Below the pieces are notes generated by a model. The model was not told the origin of the DNA, searched no databases, and worked only from the letters and a program-made list of their open reading frames with translations. From positions 1-46,916 of the forward strand of contig CAAEPN010000130.1 of the NCBI GenBank assembly GCA_900757905.1: a stretch of DNA of 46,916 nt, in the 5' to 3' direction. Both the position numbers and the translations under genes were made by a program. Numbering within the stretch: the first letter of the stretch is position 1; each line of letters opens with the position of its first letter. Source of the stretch: Clostridia bacterium (GTDB lineage: Bacteria; Bacillota; Clostridia; Oscillospirales; CAG-382). Positions 17,962 through 27,915 of the stretch are shown piece by piece.

Positions 17962-19479
17962 TTAGGGAAGCAGTTTTGCGACCTCCAAGGCGAGCTGCGA
18001 CGGCAAATAGCCGTATTCGGAATAGGCTTCCTTCAGGTTATCCGCCGCCTTTCCGTGCAAGTACACACCGCACACGGCCGCGTCAAAGGCCGAGATCTGC
18101 GGATTTGCCGCAAGACCGGCAATAAGGCCGGCAAGCACATCGCCGCTTCCGCCCTTGGCAAGGCCGGGATTGCCGGTCGTATTGACGGCAAATCGGCCGT
18201 CCGGCGACGCAGTGATTGTACCGGCGCCCTTTAACACCAGAACGCAGCGGTATCTTTCGGCGAACTCCACGGCGTATTTGATACGGTTATCGTTGACATC
18301 CGTCACATCAAGACCGGTCATTCGTGCAAATTCTCCGGGATGCGGCGTGAGAATCGGCGTTTTTTTTGCTTCCCTTAACATATCTATGAAAGGAACAAGC
18401 AGATTTATGCCGTCGGCGTCCAAAACAAATCGGGTATTTGCAGTCGTTAACGCAGATTTCAGAAAATCCGCCTTCGCAGCGCCCTGCCCCCAACCGCAGC
18501 CGATAAGCACCGCGCTGTATTTCGCAAGTGACGCGCCGAAAGCACTGATCTTTGCCTTGTCCTGCCAATCGAGCGGCGCATAAATGGGTTCGGGATAGGT
18601 ATGGCGCACACAGTCGATGACCGATTTTTCCGAAGCGAGCGTCACAAGTCCCGTTCCGGCCCGTAGCGCAGCACCCACGGAAAGCACGGCGGCTCCCGTC
18701 ATATTCTCACTGCCGCATAGGCAGGCAAGCTTCCCGAAATCGCCTTTATTGGAAATTTCAGGTCGCGGCGGAAGCGCATCGGCGACGAATTCGTCATCCG
18801 GAACGAAGCCAGGATTTTCATTGCGGTAAGATTCGAGAACCTCTTGCGGAACGCCGATATCGAGCACTTCGATCTTGCCGCAGAAAAAGCGTGCCGGGTA
18901 GGACAGCATACCGATCTTATGCGCAGTCACGGTAAGAGTGGTATCGGCAGCGAATGCGATACCGCCGATGCTGCCGTCGGCGCTTCTGACGCCACTGGGA
19001 ACATCGATCGCGATACGGAACGCACCGGTAAGATTAGCCGTGTCAAGGCATTTATAGAGGAAACTGTCGGGTTCGATGACGCCGCGGAAGCCGATACCGA
19101 ACACAGCGTCAAAAATAATCGTGGAAAACGGCAGTTTCTTTAAGGCGATCTTAGGGTCGTTTATGACCTTGCCGCCCTCGTTTATATAGGCTTTATAGCA
19201 GGTAAGCGCCGGCTCTGCGGTCGGTTCGCCGCCAAGGACGCTTACGCAGATGACGTTGCGGCCATCCTTGCGCAAAAGTCTTGCAAGCTCATAGCCGTCT
19301 CCGGCGTTATTGCCCTTGCCGCACAAGACGGTAACGGAATCATAGGAGCGAAGTCTGTCACGCACGGCAAAGAAAATACTTGCAGCCGCTGTTTGCATGA
19401 GTGCAAGCGACGACACTCCTCTGTGATCAAACAGAAACTGTTCTGCCTTTTGCATGGTTTGCGGTGTGTAAGTTTTCAT
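17962..19479 (-). CDS. nnr: bifunctional NAD(P)H-hydrate repair enzyme (epimerase/ADP-dependent dehydratase)
   Basis: N-terminal YjeF_N motif GKGNNAGDGY and C-terminal carbohydrate-kinase motif GGSGDVLAG. 505 aa. Confidence 0.85.
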   Translation of the reverse strand: MKTYTPQTMQKAEQFLFDHRGVSSLALMQTAAASIFFAVRDRLRSYDSVTVLCGKGNNAGDGYELARLLRKDGRNVICVSVLGGEPTAEPALTCYKAYINEGGKVINDPKIALKKLPFSTIIFDAVFGIGFRGVIEPDSFLYKCLDTANLTGAFRIAIDVPSGVRSADGSIGGIAFAADTTLTVTAHKIGMLSYPARFFCGKIEVLDIGVPQEVLESYRNENPGFVPDDEFVADALPPRPEISNKGDFGKLACLCGSENMTGAAVLSVGAALRAGTGLVTLASEKSVIDCVRHTYPEPIYAPLDWQDKAKISAFGASLAKYSAVLIGCGWGQGAAKADFLKSALTTANTRFVLDADGINLLVPFIDMLREAKKTPILTPHPGEFARMTGLDVTDVNDNRIKYAVEFAERYRCVLVLKGAGTITASPDGRFAVNTTGNPGLAKGGSGDVLAGLIAGLAANPQISAFDAAVCGVYLHGKAADNLKEAYSEYGYLPSQLALEVAKLLP

Positions 19480-19572
19480 ACAGACTACTCCTTTATCGTT
19501 TAATAGGGATTTAACTGTGAGCGTTTTTTAGGTGTGCGGACTACTGTGCCGCTTTATCGCTCTATCTTATTT

Positions 19573-19601
19573 ATTATAGTACTTTTTACTCTTTTTTTCA
19601 A
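19573..19601 (-). promoter_or_regulatory. sigma-A type promoter of nnr-lipoprotein-alr
   Basis: Minus strand: TTGAAA (19601-19596), 17 bp, TATAAT (19578-19573). Confidence 0.65.
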
Positions 19602-19634
19602 GTACCCAAACGCGATTTTTCCGCATTTTTTTTG

Positions 19635-19674
19635 CAAAAAAGCACAGAACCGAATGAAGCACTCGGTTCTGTGC
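19635..19674 (-). terminator. intrinsic terminator after brnQ
   Basis: 12-bp stem gcacagaaccga/tcggttctgtgc with a 9-nt loop. On the minus strand it is followed by a T-run (A-run 19635-19641 on +). Confidence 0.85.
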
Positions 19675-19689
19675 AAGAGCATTCGGCGA

Positions 19690-21066
19690 TTATGCTTTGG
19701 CTTTTTTTGCGTCCGTGACAAACATGACGATAAGACCGACAACAAGGCCGACAAAAGCCGGAAGCAGCCAACCCACGCCATATTCATAAAGCGGGAAGAC
19801 CTTGTTTAACACCGGCTCAAAGCTTTCGAAACGGATCGCCGTTTTGATAAAGGCCGGCAGCGCTTTGATAAAATCAAAGATTGCTTCAAAAAGTGTAAAA
19901 CCGGTCACAAAGCCGTACACATAGCGGTTATGATGAAAGAGGTTGCCGAAAATACCAAGCAAGATAAGGGTAATGGCAAGCGGATACAAGAACATCAAAA
20001 CCGGAATGGAATATGCGATGATCGAGGACAGTCCAAAGTTGGCAATGATAAAGGAAACCACGCTGAAAATGATCGCCCAGACCTTATATCCGAACGATTT
20101 CGGGAACAGCTGGCAGAAGGTTTCCGCACAGCTTGTAACAAGACCGATAGCCGTTTTTAAGCAGGCAAATGTGAAAATACCGGCCAATACAAACGTGCCG
20201 ATCTTTCCGAAATAGTGGTCGGAGATCAAAGCAAACACCTCGCCGCCGTTCGCACAAAGTGCAAAGCTGCCGCGGCTCTGTGCACCGACAATCACTAAGC
20301 ACACATAAATGACCGCCATGATAAGGCAACTGAAAATACCGGCTTTGACCGTGCTTTTTGCGACCGCTTTCGGCTCGGATACGCCGAAATCACGGATAGC
20401 CGTGACCACAACAATGCCAAAAGCAAGGCTGGCAAGCGCGTCCATGGTATTGTAACCCTCAAGGAAGCCGGACATAAAGGCTTTGGAAGCATAATTTCCG
20501 GAAGGCTCGACCGCGCTTATCGTACCCATGGGATCGACAAAGGCGGCAATCACAAGCACGCCTAAGAATACAAGGAAAATCGGCGTGAGTATCTTTCCGA
20601 CCCAAGTAACGATCTTTCCGGGAAACAGGGAAAAGGCAAGCACAAGTCCAAAGAAAATGAGCGAGAAAATAAGCAAAGCAGCCGACTGCGTTTTTTCCGT
20701 CACACCGAGCAGCTGCTTGACGCCCGTATCAAACGGCGTTGCCGCACATCGCGGAATGGCAAAAAGAGGACCGATAGTAAGATACAGCGCACAGGTAAAG
20801 AACACCTTGTAAGCGCCGCCGACCTTGCCGGATAATTCGATAAGCCCTTCGCTGCGGCTGATACCGATAGCCACAACGCCAAGAAGCGGTAAGCTTACGG
20901 CCGTAATCAGCAAGCCAATGGTCGCCGGAAGGATATTTTTTCCGGCGTACTGTCCGACTATCGGCGGAAACAGCAGATTTCCTGCGCCGAAAAATAATCC
21001 GAACAGCATGACCGCTATGGAGGATAGTTCTCTTTTGTTAAGTTTTTCTTTCAAGGTGTAGCACAT
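19690..21066 (-). CDS. brnQ: branched-chain amino acid transport system II carrier protein
   Basis: 458 aa, 12 TM. N-terminal signature MLFGLFFGAGNLLFPP. Confidence 0.85.
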   Translation of the reverse strand: MCYTLKEKLNKRELSSIAVMLFGLFFGAGNLLFPPIVGQYAGKNILPATIGLLITAVSLPLLGVVAIGISRSEGLIELSGKVGGAYKVFFTCALYLTIGPLFAIPRCAATPFDTGVKQLLGVTEKTQSAALLIFSLIFFGLVLAFSLFPGKIVTWVGKILTPIFLVFLGVLVIAAFVDPMGTISAVEPSGNYASKAFMSGFLEGYNTMDALASLAFGIVVVTAIRDFGVSEPKAVAKSTVKAGIFSCLIMAVIYVCLVIVGAQSRGSFALCANGGEVFALISDHYFGKIGTFVLAGIFTFACLKTAIGLVTSCAETFCQLFPKSFGYKVWAIIFSVVSFIIANFGLSSIIAYSIPVLMFLYPLAITLILLGIFGNLFHHNRYVYGFVTGFTLFEAIFDFIKALPAFIKTAIRFESFEPVLNKVFPLYEYGVGWLLPAFVGLVVGLIVMFVTDAKKAKA

Positions 21067-21338
21067 CCCCTGTACAAAGTTTAATATTATTTTTAACAGT
21101 ATAGTATAGTTTTTGGGTAAAATGCAATAGATAGGCTCTGTAGTTTACACAAAGTTAACATTTTTCAAGGAATATTCGCATTTTTTCTGCCTTGCCACAT
21201 CAAAAAAGCATATTTCTATATCAAATCGGCATATATCCAAAATTCGGCCGCATATTACCACGATATGTTAAAAAATACCAAAAAATGACTCGATTTTTTG
21301 TGAAAAACAGAAAAAAGCGAAAAATATCAAAAAAAAGC

Positions 21339-21367
21339 TTTACAAACGAACCGCTTTGTGCTATACT
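21339..21367 (+). promoter_or_regulatory. sigma-A type promoter of pyrR-pyrP
   Basis: TTTACA (21339-21344), 17 bp, TATACT (21362-21367), preceded by an A-tract-rich block (21290-21338). Confidence 0.65.
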
Positions 21368-21371
21368 GTCC

Positions 21372-21463
21372 CACAGCAAAGATCCTTTAATTCGGTACGG
21401 GATACCGGCAAGGTTCATAAAATGTATCATTATGCCTATTTTCGCGCATAAGTGCTGATTTGT
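21372..21463 (+). promoter_or_regulatory. pyr leader with a putative PyrR binding loop
   Basis: GAUCCUUUAA-[CGGUA CGGGA UACCG]-GCAAGG resembles, from memory, the CCUUUAA...AAGG-flanked hairpin of PyrR binding loops. Located between the promoter and the attenuator terminator. Confidence 0.5.
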
Positions 21464-21492
21464 GCCTGTCGGTCTGTCCGACAGGCTTTTTT
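21464..21492 (+). terminator. pyr attenuator terminator
   Basis: 9-bp stem gcctgtcgg/ccgacaggc, loop tctgt, then tttttt. Lies 42 nt upstream of the pyrR ATG. Confidence 0.85.
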
Positions 21493-21533
21493 GTGCCTGA
21501 TCTACCGATCATTTAAGAAAGGAGCGGAAAACC

Positions 21534-22082
21534 ATGGCGGAACAGACAGTCATTATGGATGAAAACGCGGTAGGCCGAACACTTTCGCGGCTTGCGCATG
21601 AGATCATTGAAACCAATCCCGAAGAAAAGACGGTCTGTCTTGTGGGAATCAAACGCCGCGGTGTGCCGCTTGCCAAAATGCTTGCCGAAAAGATAACGTC
21701 GTTTTCCGATATAAAAGTTTTCCTCGGTGAGTTAGACATCACGCTTTACCGGGACGATCTTCACGAAAAAGCCGACCAGCCGCGGCTCATCAAGGCTGAC
21801 CTCGGTTTCGCCGTCAAGGGCAAGACCATCGTGCTTGTGGACGACGTCATCTACACCGGCCGCACGGCGCGCGCCGCCATTGACGCGCTGATCGCCGCCG
21901 GACGTCCCTCCAAAATCAAGCTTTGCGTACTGATCGACCGCGGTCACAGAGAACTGCCCATACGCGGCGACTATGTCGGCAAAAACGTACCGACCTCTCA
22001 CCGTGAACAGATATGTGTGAAAGTACCGGAATACGACGGCATTTCCGAAGTGACTATCGTCAAGCACGACGAAAACGAATAA
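21534..22082 (+). CDS. pyrR: bifunctional pyr operon regulator / uracil phosphoribosyltransferase PyrR
   Basis: 182 aa. PRTase motif VLVDDVIYTGRTARAA and the typical N-terminus MDENAVGRTLSRLAHEI. AAGGAG RBS. Confidence 0.9.
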   Translation: MAEQTVIMDENAVGRTLSRLAHEIIETNPEEKTVCLVGIKRRGVPLAKMLAEKITSFSDIKVFLGELDITLYRDDLHEKADQPRLIKADLGFAVKGKTIVLVDDVIYTGRTARAAIDALIAAGRPSKIKLCVLIDRGHRELPIRGDYVGKNVPTSHREQICVKVPEYDGISEVTIVKHDENE

Positions 22083-22154
22083 CACAGCAAAGCAGCTCAA
22101 TTCGATATTTTCCGGTTCCGACCGGCGAATAAATAAATCAGGAGGCTTTTACTC

Positions 22155-23585
22155 ATGAGTAAAAACAAAACCAACATCGGTACCGAAGGCATTTATGACG
22201 CAAGGGTCTTAGGCGTTCCGAAAATGCTTATTCTCGGTTTCCAACACATGTTCGCCATGTTCGGCGCCACCGTTCTTGTTCCGCTTCTTACCGGACTGGA
22301 CATTGCCACCACCCTTCTTATGGCCGGTCTCGGCACGCTCTTTTTCCACCTTGTAACCAAGGGCAAGGTTCCGGCCTTCTTAGGCTCGTCCTTCGCTTTC
22401 TTAGGCGGTTACGGCGCTATCGCTCCGCTTGCCGGCGCAAACGGCATGACGCAGAAAGAGCTTCTTCCCTACGCCTGCATCGGCGTGGCGGTTGCCGGTC
22501 TTATTTACTTAGTTGTTGCCGCTCTCATTAAGGCCGTCGGCGTATCCAAGGTCATGCGCTTCTTCCCGCCGGTGGTAACGGGTCCTATCATCATCGCCAT
22601 CGGTCTTAGCCTTTGCGGCAGCGCAAAATCCAACTGCGACGCAAACTGGGTACTCGCTCTTGCCGCTCTTGCCATTGTTATTATCTTCAACATCTGGGGT
22701 AAAGGCATGGCAAAGATCATTCCGATCCTCTTAGGCGTTCTCGGTTCTTGCGCCGTTGCCGCCATTCTTGCCGTTGCCTGCGGTCAGACCATTACCGCCG
22801 CAGACGGTGCGGAATACATCGCCATGTTCGGCAACGAAAGCTTCAAGCTGTTCTCGGTTTCGGCTCTTGAAAACGTAAAATCGGCCGCATGGTTCGGTCT
22901 CCCGGTTCACTGGGAACAGACCGTGTTCGGCGGAGTCGATTGGTCAAACGGCGCTCTGATCGTAAGCTCGATCATCGCTATCGCTCCGATCGCACTTGCT
23001 ACCATGATGGAGCACATCGGCGATATTTCCGCCATTTCCTCCACCACCAAGCAGAACTTCATCGAAGATCCGGGCTTGCACCGCACGCTCATTGGCGACG
23101 GCTTTGCCACCACCTTTGCTTCCCTCTTCGGCGGTCCTGCCAACACGACCTACGGCGAAAACACCGGCGTTTTGGCCCTCAGCAAGGTCTACGACCCGAG
23201 AGTTATCCGCATTGCGGCTGTCTTTGCCATCATTCTTTCCTTCTCGCCGAAATTTGCCGCTGTCGTTGAGCTTATCCCGACGGCCGTCATCGGCGGCGTT
23301 TCCTTCATCCTTTACGGTATGATCTCCGCTATCGGTATCCGCAACCTCATCGAAAACCAGATCGACTTTTCCAAGAGCCGCAACCTCATCATCACGGCTG
23401 TCATCTTGGTCTGCGCGCTCAGCGGCGTAGTCATTCCGATCAATGCAACCGCAAAGATCACCTCCCTTGCCGTTGCTTCGATTGTCGGTATCGTTCTCAA
23501 CATCATCTTCCCGAGCTGCGATTATGTTGAAAAGACCGAAAAAGGCGGCGACGAGGTTCCGAAAGGAAACACCTACAACGTTTAA
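22155..23585 (+). CDS. pyrP: uracil permease (NCS2 family)
   Basis: 476-aa polytopic ORF. NCS2 motifs GFQHMFAMFGATVLVP and YGENTGVLALS. Directly downstream of pyrR. Confidence 0.8.
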   Translation: MSKNKTNIGTEGIYDARVLGVPKMLILGFQHMFAMFGATVLVPLLTGLDIATTLLMAGLGTLFFHLVTKGKVPAFLGSSFAFLGGYGAIAPLAGANGMTQKELLPYACIGVAVAGLIYLVVAALIKAVGVSKVMRFFPPVVTGPIIIAIGLSLCGSAKSNCDANWVLALAALAIVIIFNIWGKGMAKIIPILLGVLGSCAVAAILAVACGQTITAADGAEYIAMFGNESFKLFSVSALENVKSAAWFGLPVHWEQTVFGGVDWSNGALIVSSIIAIAPIALATMMEHIGDISAISSTTKQNFIEDPGLHRTLIGDGFATTFASLFGGPANTTYGENTGVLALSKVYDPRVIRIAAVFAIILSFSPKFAAVVELIPTAVIGGVSFILYGMISAIGIRNLIENQIDFSKSRNLIITAVILVCALSGVVIPINATAKITSLAVASIVGIVLNIIFPSCDYVEKTEKGGDEVPKGNTYNV

Positions 23586-23611
23586 GCGTCTGTTATAAAA
23601 ACATAATTTTT

Positions 23612-23654
23612 CACCGCACTCTGCAAAATTTTGTTTGCCGGGTGCGGTGTTTTT
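23612..23654 (+). terminator. probable terminator after pyrP
   Basis: 8-bp stem caccgcac/gtgcggtg with a long 22-nt loop, then ttttt. Confidence 0.45.
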
Positions 23655-23668
23655 CTTTGCTTCGGCAC

Positions 23669-23697
23669 TTGCAATTGATAAAGAACTGTGCTATAAT
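23669..23697 (+). promoter_or_regulatory. sigma-A type promoter
   Basis: TTGCAA (23669-23674), 17 bp, TATAAT (23692-23697). Confidence 0.65.
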
Positions 23698-23730
23698 AGA
23701 TATCCTACATAAAATGAGAGGAGGAGCGTC

Positions 23731-25878
23731 ATGGCCAAAAATACATTTGCCTACTTACAGAACACCGCCTTTTTAGGCGGAATCGGAACAGGCTGCTTAA
23801 AGCTGTACGCCGACGGCGGCACGCAGTTTGCCGGTCTTTCCAAAAGCTCCTCCAAGAAAGCGCACCCGGGCGAACACACAGACCCCGTTTCCTTTGCCAT
23901 ATGCGTCAGATCCTCGGACGACCGCATAAACGGCAGCGTTTTGAAAAATCCCGAAGCGGATTCCGACACCGACGCGCTTTCCCTTCCCCATGCGCCGCTT
24001 TTGCATATCGAGCGTGATTTTCCGTTCACCTCGGTTTCCTACGGCACATCCTCCTATGGAATCGCCGTGACGCTTCACGCGTTCAATCCCCTTATTCCGC
24101 ACAATTCCATCGATTCCGGCATTCCGGCCGCTTTCTTCGAAGCGGAGATCACAAACACAAGCGATGCGGCTCTTACCGTTTCCTTTGCCGCCCTGTTAAA
24201 ATCTTTCTTTTTAGCCGGGACCGGCTCGCCATGCTATGATAAGCAAAGCGGCGCTTTTTACACGCTGCTTTCCGAAACTTCGCCAAGCGTAGCGGCACGG
24301 CGGCGCGGCAGCATTTGCCTTGCTTCGGATTCCGCCGATTTCACCTATGAGATTTCGGAGGACGCTAAAGATTCCGAGTTTTTCGAACGGTTCGTGCAAA
24401 AAGGCGGTTTTTTAAGCGATACGACAGCAATCGGCGTCAAAAAGAATATTTCCGCGATTCTCGCCTTTCATCTGCACCTTGAACCGGGACAGACCGAAAA
24501 GCGCCGTTTTACCGTGGCTTGGAGCTTTCCGTATTGTGCCGAAAGTCCGGCCAAAAGCGGTGAGAAGAATTACTATTGCCACTATTTTTCAAATCTTTCC
24601 GACTGCGTTTCCTATACCTTTACGCACTTTGACCGACTGCGGCGTGAAAGCGCTTTAACAAGGGAGCTTGCCGGAAAGGATACCTGTCTGCCCGAAGCCT
24701 TAAAGCCGCTTATGCGCGCTTCCCTTGCCGCTGTGAAGGATCCGGCCGTGCGGCGCGATGCCGCCGGTATTCTTAAAGGAATTTCCGAAGAAAACGAAAA
24801 CACGCTTCTTCCGGTATCCTTTGCGTTTGAATATCTGTTTCCGGGCATCACAACGCAAACGAGCGTTTTGACCTTAAAGAATCTCATGACCGCAAAAGGG
24901 CGCGTATCCGGCACGGAATTCCTGCCGTCAGCCTTTGACACCGATCTGAACGCGGCGCAGATCACAGCGCGTTTTCGGTTGATCATGCGGTTATTCTACG
25001 CCTACCGCACCTGTTCGGAGCTGCGTTTCTACACCGAAACCTGGGTGGACATCTCGCTCATGGCGGACTTACTCACCGAAAGCGCCGAGCGCCTGTTAGC
25101 TGGGGAAGAAGCCCTTTCCGACGCAGACCGGATCTACGACGCGCTGCTTCCGGCTTTGGGCGCCATGGCCGAAATGGCGGATCTGTTACGCGACAAGAAG
25201 CGCAAGCTTTACTATATCGGCAAATCCGACGAGCTGAAGCGGCGCTTTGCCGAAAAAGCGGCGCTTCGAATCGAGCATGCACCGCTTCGGGTGCTGTCCT
25301 CGGCATATGCGGCTAAAAAAATGTGCTCGTTTGCGCTTTACACGCAAGACGAGCTGCAACGTGCGGCCGAAAAGTTGGAAACGCTGCCGTTCGACACACT
25401 GCCGCCCGACTTTTTCGCTTGCGCTATGCTTGCCGAGCTTAAGAAAAAAGAGTTATGCGAAAAGCTTTCGCTTGCTTTTGCAAAGCACAGCTTTTTCTGC
25501 AAAAAAGATCTGTACGCGAGCGCGGTGCAGGTTTGTGCGCTGATACCGGCGTTTTCCGGCTTTGATTACGATAAAAACGCCGCTCTTATCGCCTTTTCGC
25601 CGGAGGAATCGCTCATGAAGGACGGCGTTTTTGCCGGCTTTGTCAGCTTTGACGGCGCCTATGGCCGCGTGGAGTTAGGTGCGGATTACATAGAGTTAAT
25701 CCTGTATTCCGGCGAAGTCAAGGTCAAAAGGGCCATTTCACCGCACCGAACCTATCGGGTGATGTTTGCCGGACGGTATCGCGACTGCGACATCGATAAC
25801 CGGAATGTTACGTTAGACAGCACATTATCGGTCACCAAAGAAAAAAAGCTCACGCTGCTTATCGATTTGACAAAATAA
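23731..25878 (+). CDS. hypothetical protein with a GH116 (GBA2-type) N-terminal-domain-like start
   Basis: 715 aa. [17 protein letters not shown] near the N-terminus resembles the GGIGTG motif of the GH116 N-domain. The rest was not recognised. GAGGAGGAG RBS. Confidence 0.45.
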   Translation: MAKNTFAYLQNTAFLGGIGTGCLKLYADGGTQFAGLSKSSSKKAHPGEHTDPVSFAICVRSSDDRINGSVLKNPEADSDTDALSLPHAPLLHIERDFPFTSVSYGTSSYGIAVTLHAFNPLIPHNSIDSGIPAAFFEAEITNTSDAALTVSFAALLKSFFLAGTGSPCYDKQSGAFYTLLSETSPSVAARRRGSICLASDSADFTYEISEDAKDSEFFERFVQKGGFLSDTTAIGVKKNISAILAFHLHLEPGQTEKRRFTVAWSFPYCAESPAKSGEKNYYCHYFSNLSDCVSYTFTHFDRLRRESALTRELAGKDTCLPEALKPLMRASLAAVKDPAVRRDAAGILKGISEENENTLLPVSFAFEYLFPGITTQTSVLTLKNLMTAKGRVSGTEFLPSAFDTDLNAAQITARFRLIMRLFYAYRTCSELRFYTETWVDISLMADLLTESAERLLAGEEALSDADRIYDALLPALGAMAEMADLLRDKKRKLYYIGKSDELKRRFAEKAALRIEHAPLRVLSSAYAAKKMCSFALYTQDELQRAAEKLETLPFDTLPPDFFACAMLAELKKKELCEKLSLAFAKHSFFCKKDLYASAVQVCALIPAFSGFDYDKNAALIAFSPEESLMKDGVFAGFVSFDGAYGRVELGADYIELILYSGEVKVKRAISPHRTYRVMFAGRYRDCDIDNRNVTLDSTLSVTKEKKLTLLIDLTK

Positions 25879-25906
25879 ATCATTCTTCATTAAAGAGAGG
25901 CTTTCC

Positions 25907-26998
25907 ATGGCAAACGAAAACATAAACGAGAATCCGAATCTTTTAAGGCGTTCTTATTATAATTATGAGCTTCCGCCGGAGTTAATTGCCCAAACGCCGG
26001 CCGAAAAGCGCGATATGTCGCGCCTTTTGGTGCTTGACAAAAATACCGGCGCAATCGAACACCGGCATTTTCACGACATTGTCGATTATTTAAAGCCCGG
26101 CGACGCTTTGGTGCTCAACGACTCCAAGGTCATTCCGGCGCGTCTGTTCGGCAAACGGTACACCAAGAATCCCGACGGCAGCGAAGCAACAGAACCATCC
26201 GGCAGCAATATCGAAGTGCTTTTATTAAAGCGTTTGGACGATAAAACATGGGAGACTATTGTCCATCCCGGCAAGAAAATGCAGGTAGGCACGCGCGTCT
26301 TTTTTGACAAAAAGCTGACCGGCACGGTCACAAAAATTCTCGACGACGGCAACCGCGTCATCGAATTTGACTACACCGGCGAATTTTTCGCCTTGCTCGA
26401 CGAGATCGGCGAAATGCCGCTGCCGCCGTATATCACCAGCCGCGAAAGCGAAAAAGGCCGCTATCAGACGGTCTACGCCAAGCACGAAGGGTCGAGCGCC
26501 GCACCGACGGCGGGACTGCATTTCACGAAAGAGCTGCTGAAGCAGATTGAAGATATGGGCGTAGAGGTGCTTTACGTAACCCTGCACGTCGGACTCGGAA
26601 CCTTCCGTCCGGTCAAAGAGGATATCATTACGGAACACAAAATGCACAGCGAATATTACACGGTAAGCGAGGACACCGCGCGCCGCTTTAACGAGGTCCG
26701 GAAGAACGGCGGGCGAATCTTCTCGGTCGGGACGACCTCGTGCCGAACACTGGAAAGCGCGACAGATGAACACGGCATTTTGCACGCCGGAAGCGCCAAC
26801 ACGGAAATTTTTATCTATCCCGGTTACAAATTCAAGGCTATCGATTGCCTGATCACCAACTTCCACCTGCCCGAAAGCACGCTCATTATGCTTGTTTCGG
26901 CTCTGGCCGGCAGAGAACGCATTTTGGAGGCTTATCGCGTGGCTGTGGAGCAAAAGTATCATTTCTTCTCATTTGGTGATGCAATGCTGATTCTTTAA
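25907..26998 (+). CDS. queA: tRNA preQ1(34) S-adenosylmethionine ribosyltransferase-isomerase
   Basis: 363 aa. Motifs: [70 protein letters not shown]. Confidence 0.9.
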   Translation: MANENINENPNLLRRSYYNYELPPELIAQTPAEKRDMSRLLVLDKNTGAIEHRHFHDIVDYLKPGDALVLNDSKVIPARLFGKRYTKNPDGSEATEPSGSNIEVLLLKRLDDKTWETIVHPGKKMQVGTRVFFDKKLTGTVTKILDDGNRVIEFDYTGEFFALLDEIGEMPLPPYITSRESEKGRYQTVYAKHEGSSAAPTAGLHFTKELLKQIEDMGVEVLYVTLHVGLGTFRPVKEDIITEHKMHSEYYTVSEDTARRFNEVRKNGGRIFSVGTTSCRTLESATDEHGILHAGSANTEIFIYPGYKFKAIDCLITNFHLPESTLIMLVSALAGRERILEAYRVAVEQKYHFFSFGDAMLIL

Positions 26999-27018
26999 CT
27001 CAACAAACACAAACAAAA

Positions 27019-27049
27019 GCAAAGCGCGATGTTTTACATCGCGCTTTGC
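27019..27049. terminator. bidirectional terminator between queA and the DMT gene
   Basis: 13-bp stem gcaaagcgcgatg/catcgcgctttgc, loop tttta, flanked by A-rich and T-rich runs. Confidence 0.85.
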
Positions 27050-27051
27050 TT

Positions 27052-27915
27052 TTACAATCTTAGCAACACCACCGCCGCAAGTCCGCAAACCAACGCCGCA
27101 CACTGTCCGCGGCTTAATTTTTCGCTGAACAGCACGCGTCCGCACACAAGCGCCGCAAGCACGCTTCCTGCGGAAATGACCGGATACATGACCGACGCAT
27201 ACTCGCTTCCCGACAGAAAAAGCGTACAGAAATTGGCGGCTGCATTTGAAATTCCTGCAAAACCGGCAAAGCCGATTCCGCTGTGCTTTCGACCGCCCTC
27301 TTTCAGCCTTTTTGCCAAATACGCCGTGCCAAACAGAATCGTGCAAAATCCGCTTGCATACAGGACAAATTCGCCGAGATACAAACCCGGATAGGCGCTT
27401 TGATGTATTTTCTGCACCACCGAGCAAAAGCCGTTTGAAACAAACGTGAGAAGCACATAAAACAACCATTTGCCGCGGTTTTCGGACTTCTCTATAGAAG
27501 AAGTTCGAATTTCTGACCCCAAATTCGTCAAAACAACCGACAGTGCAAAAAATACAAAACCGCAATACTGGAACGCCGTCGGCGTTTCACCTGCGAATAT
27601 CACGCCGTACAAAAGCGGAAGAATTACGGAAAACGAGACCAACATTCCGGTAAGCGACATCGGCCCAAGGCACAGCGCCCGGCAGCCTGCCTGCATGGAG
27701 AGCGCAAGAAAAGCGCCGTATAGCACGCCGTAGGCCGCTGTCGGTACGTGAAAGTGAAAATTCGGTACAGCAAAAACTGCAAACAGCAAAAAGGCGGCAA
27801 GCGATTTGACAGCGTTGAAAAACAGCACGTCCTCCGACCTTTTTCGGTAGTATTTCACTGCCGCCGATTGCGAAACACCGAAAAAAACGGCAAGCAAATA
27901 AAAGATCGCGTTCAT
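27052..27915 (-). CDS. EamA/DMT-family membrane transporter
   Basis: 10-TM-like ORF. Start set at ATG 27915 (MNAIFYLL...), which overlaps the upstream gene's TGA as ATGA (27912-27915). Confidence 0.7.
   Translation of the reverse strand: MNAIFYLLAVFFGVSQSAAVKYYRKRSEDVLFFNAVKSLAAFLLFAVFAVPNFHFHVPTAAYGVLYGAFLALSMQAGCRALCLGPMSLTGMLVSFSVILPLLYGVIFAGETPTAFQYCGFVFFALSVVLTNLGSEIRTSSIEKSENRGKWLFYVLLTFVSNGFCSVVQKIHQSAYPGLYLGEFVLYASGFCTILFGTAYLAKRLKEGGRKHSGIGFAGFAGISNAAANFCTLFLSGSEYASVMYPVISAGSVLAALVCGRVLFSEKLSRGQCAALVCGLAAVVLLRL

Noticed and set aside
21190-21338. A-tract-rich 150-bp block upstream of the pyr promoter as a distinct element
   Set aside because: The runs of A5-A8 are spaced ~8-9 bp apart, which is not helically phased. 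This is most simply an UP-element-like, AT-rich divergent promoter region shared with brnQ, and there is nothing repeat- or gene-like in it.
22083-22154. Second PyrR attenuator between pyrR and pyrP
   Set aside because: It shares CACAGCAAAG with the leader and has a small ccgg/ccgg hairpin. There is no CCUUUAA...AAGG element and no terminator (no T-run) within the 72-nt spacer.
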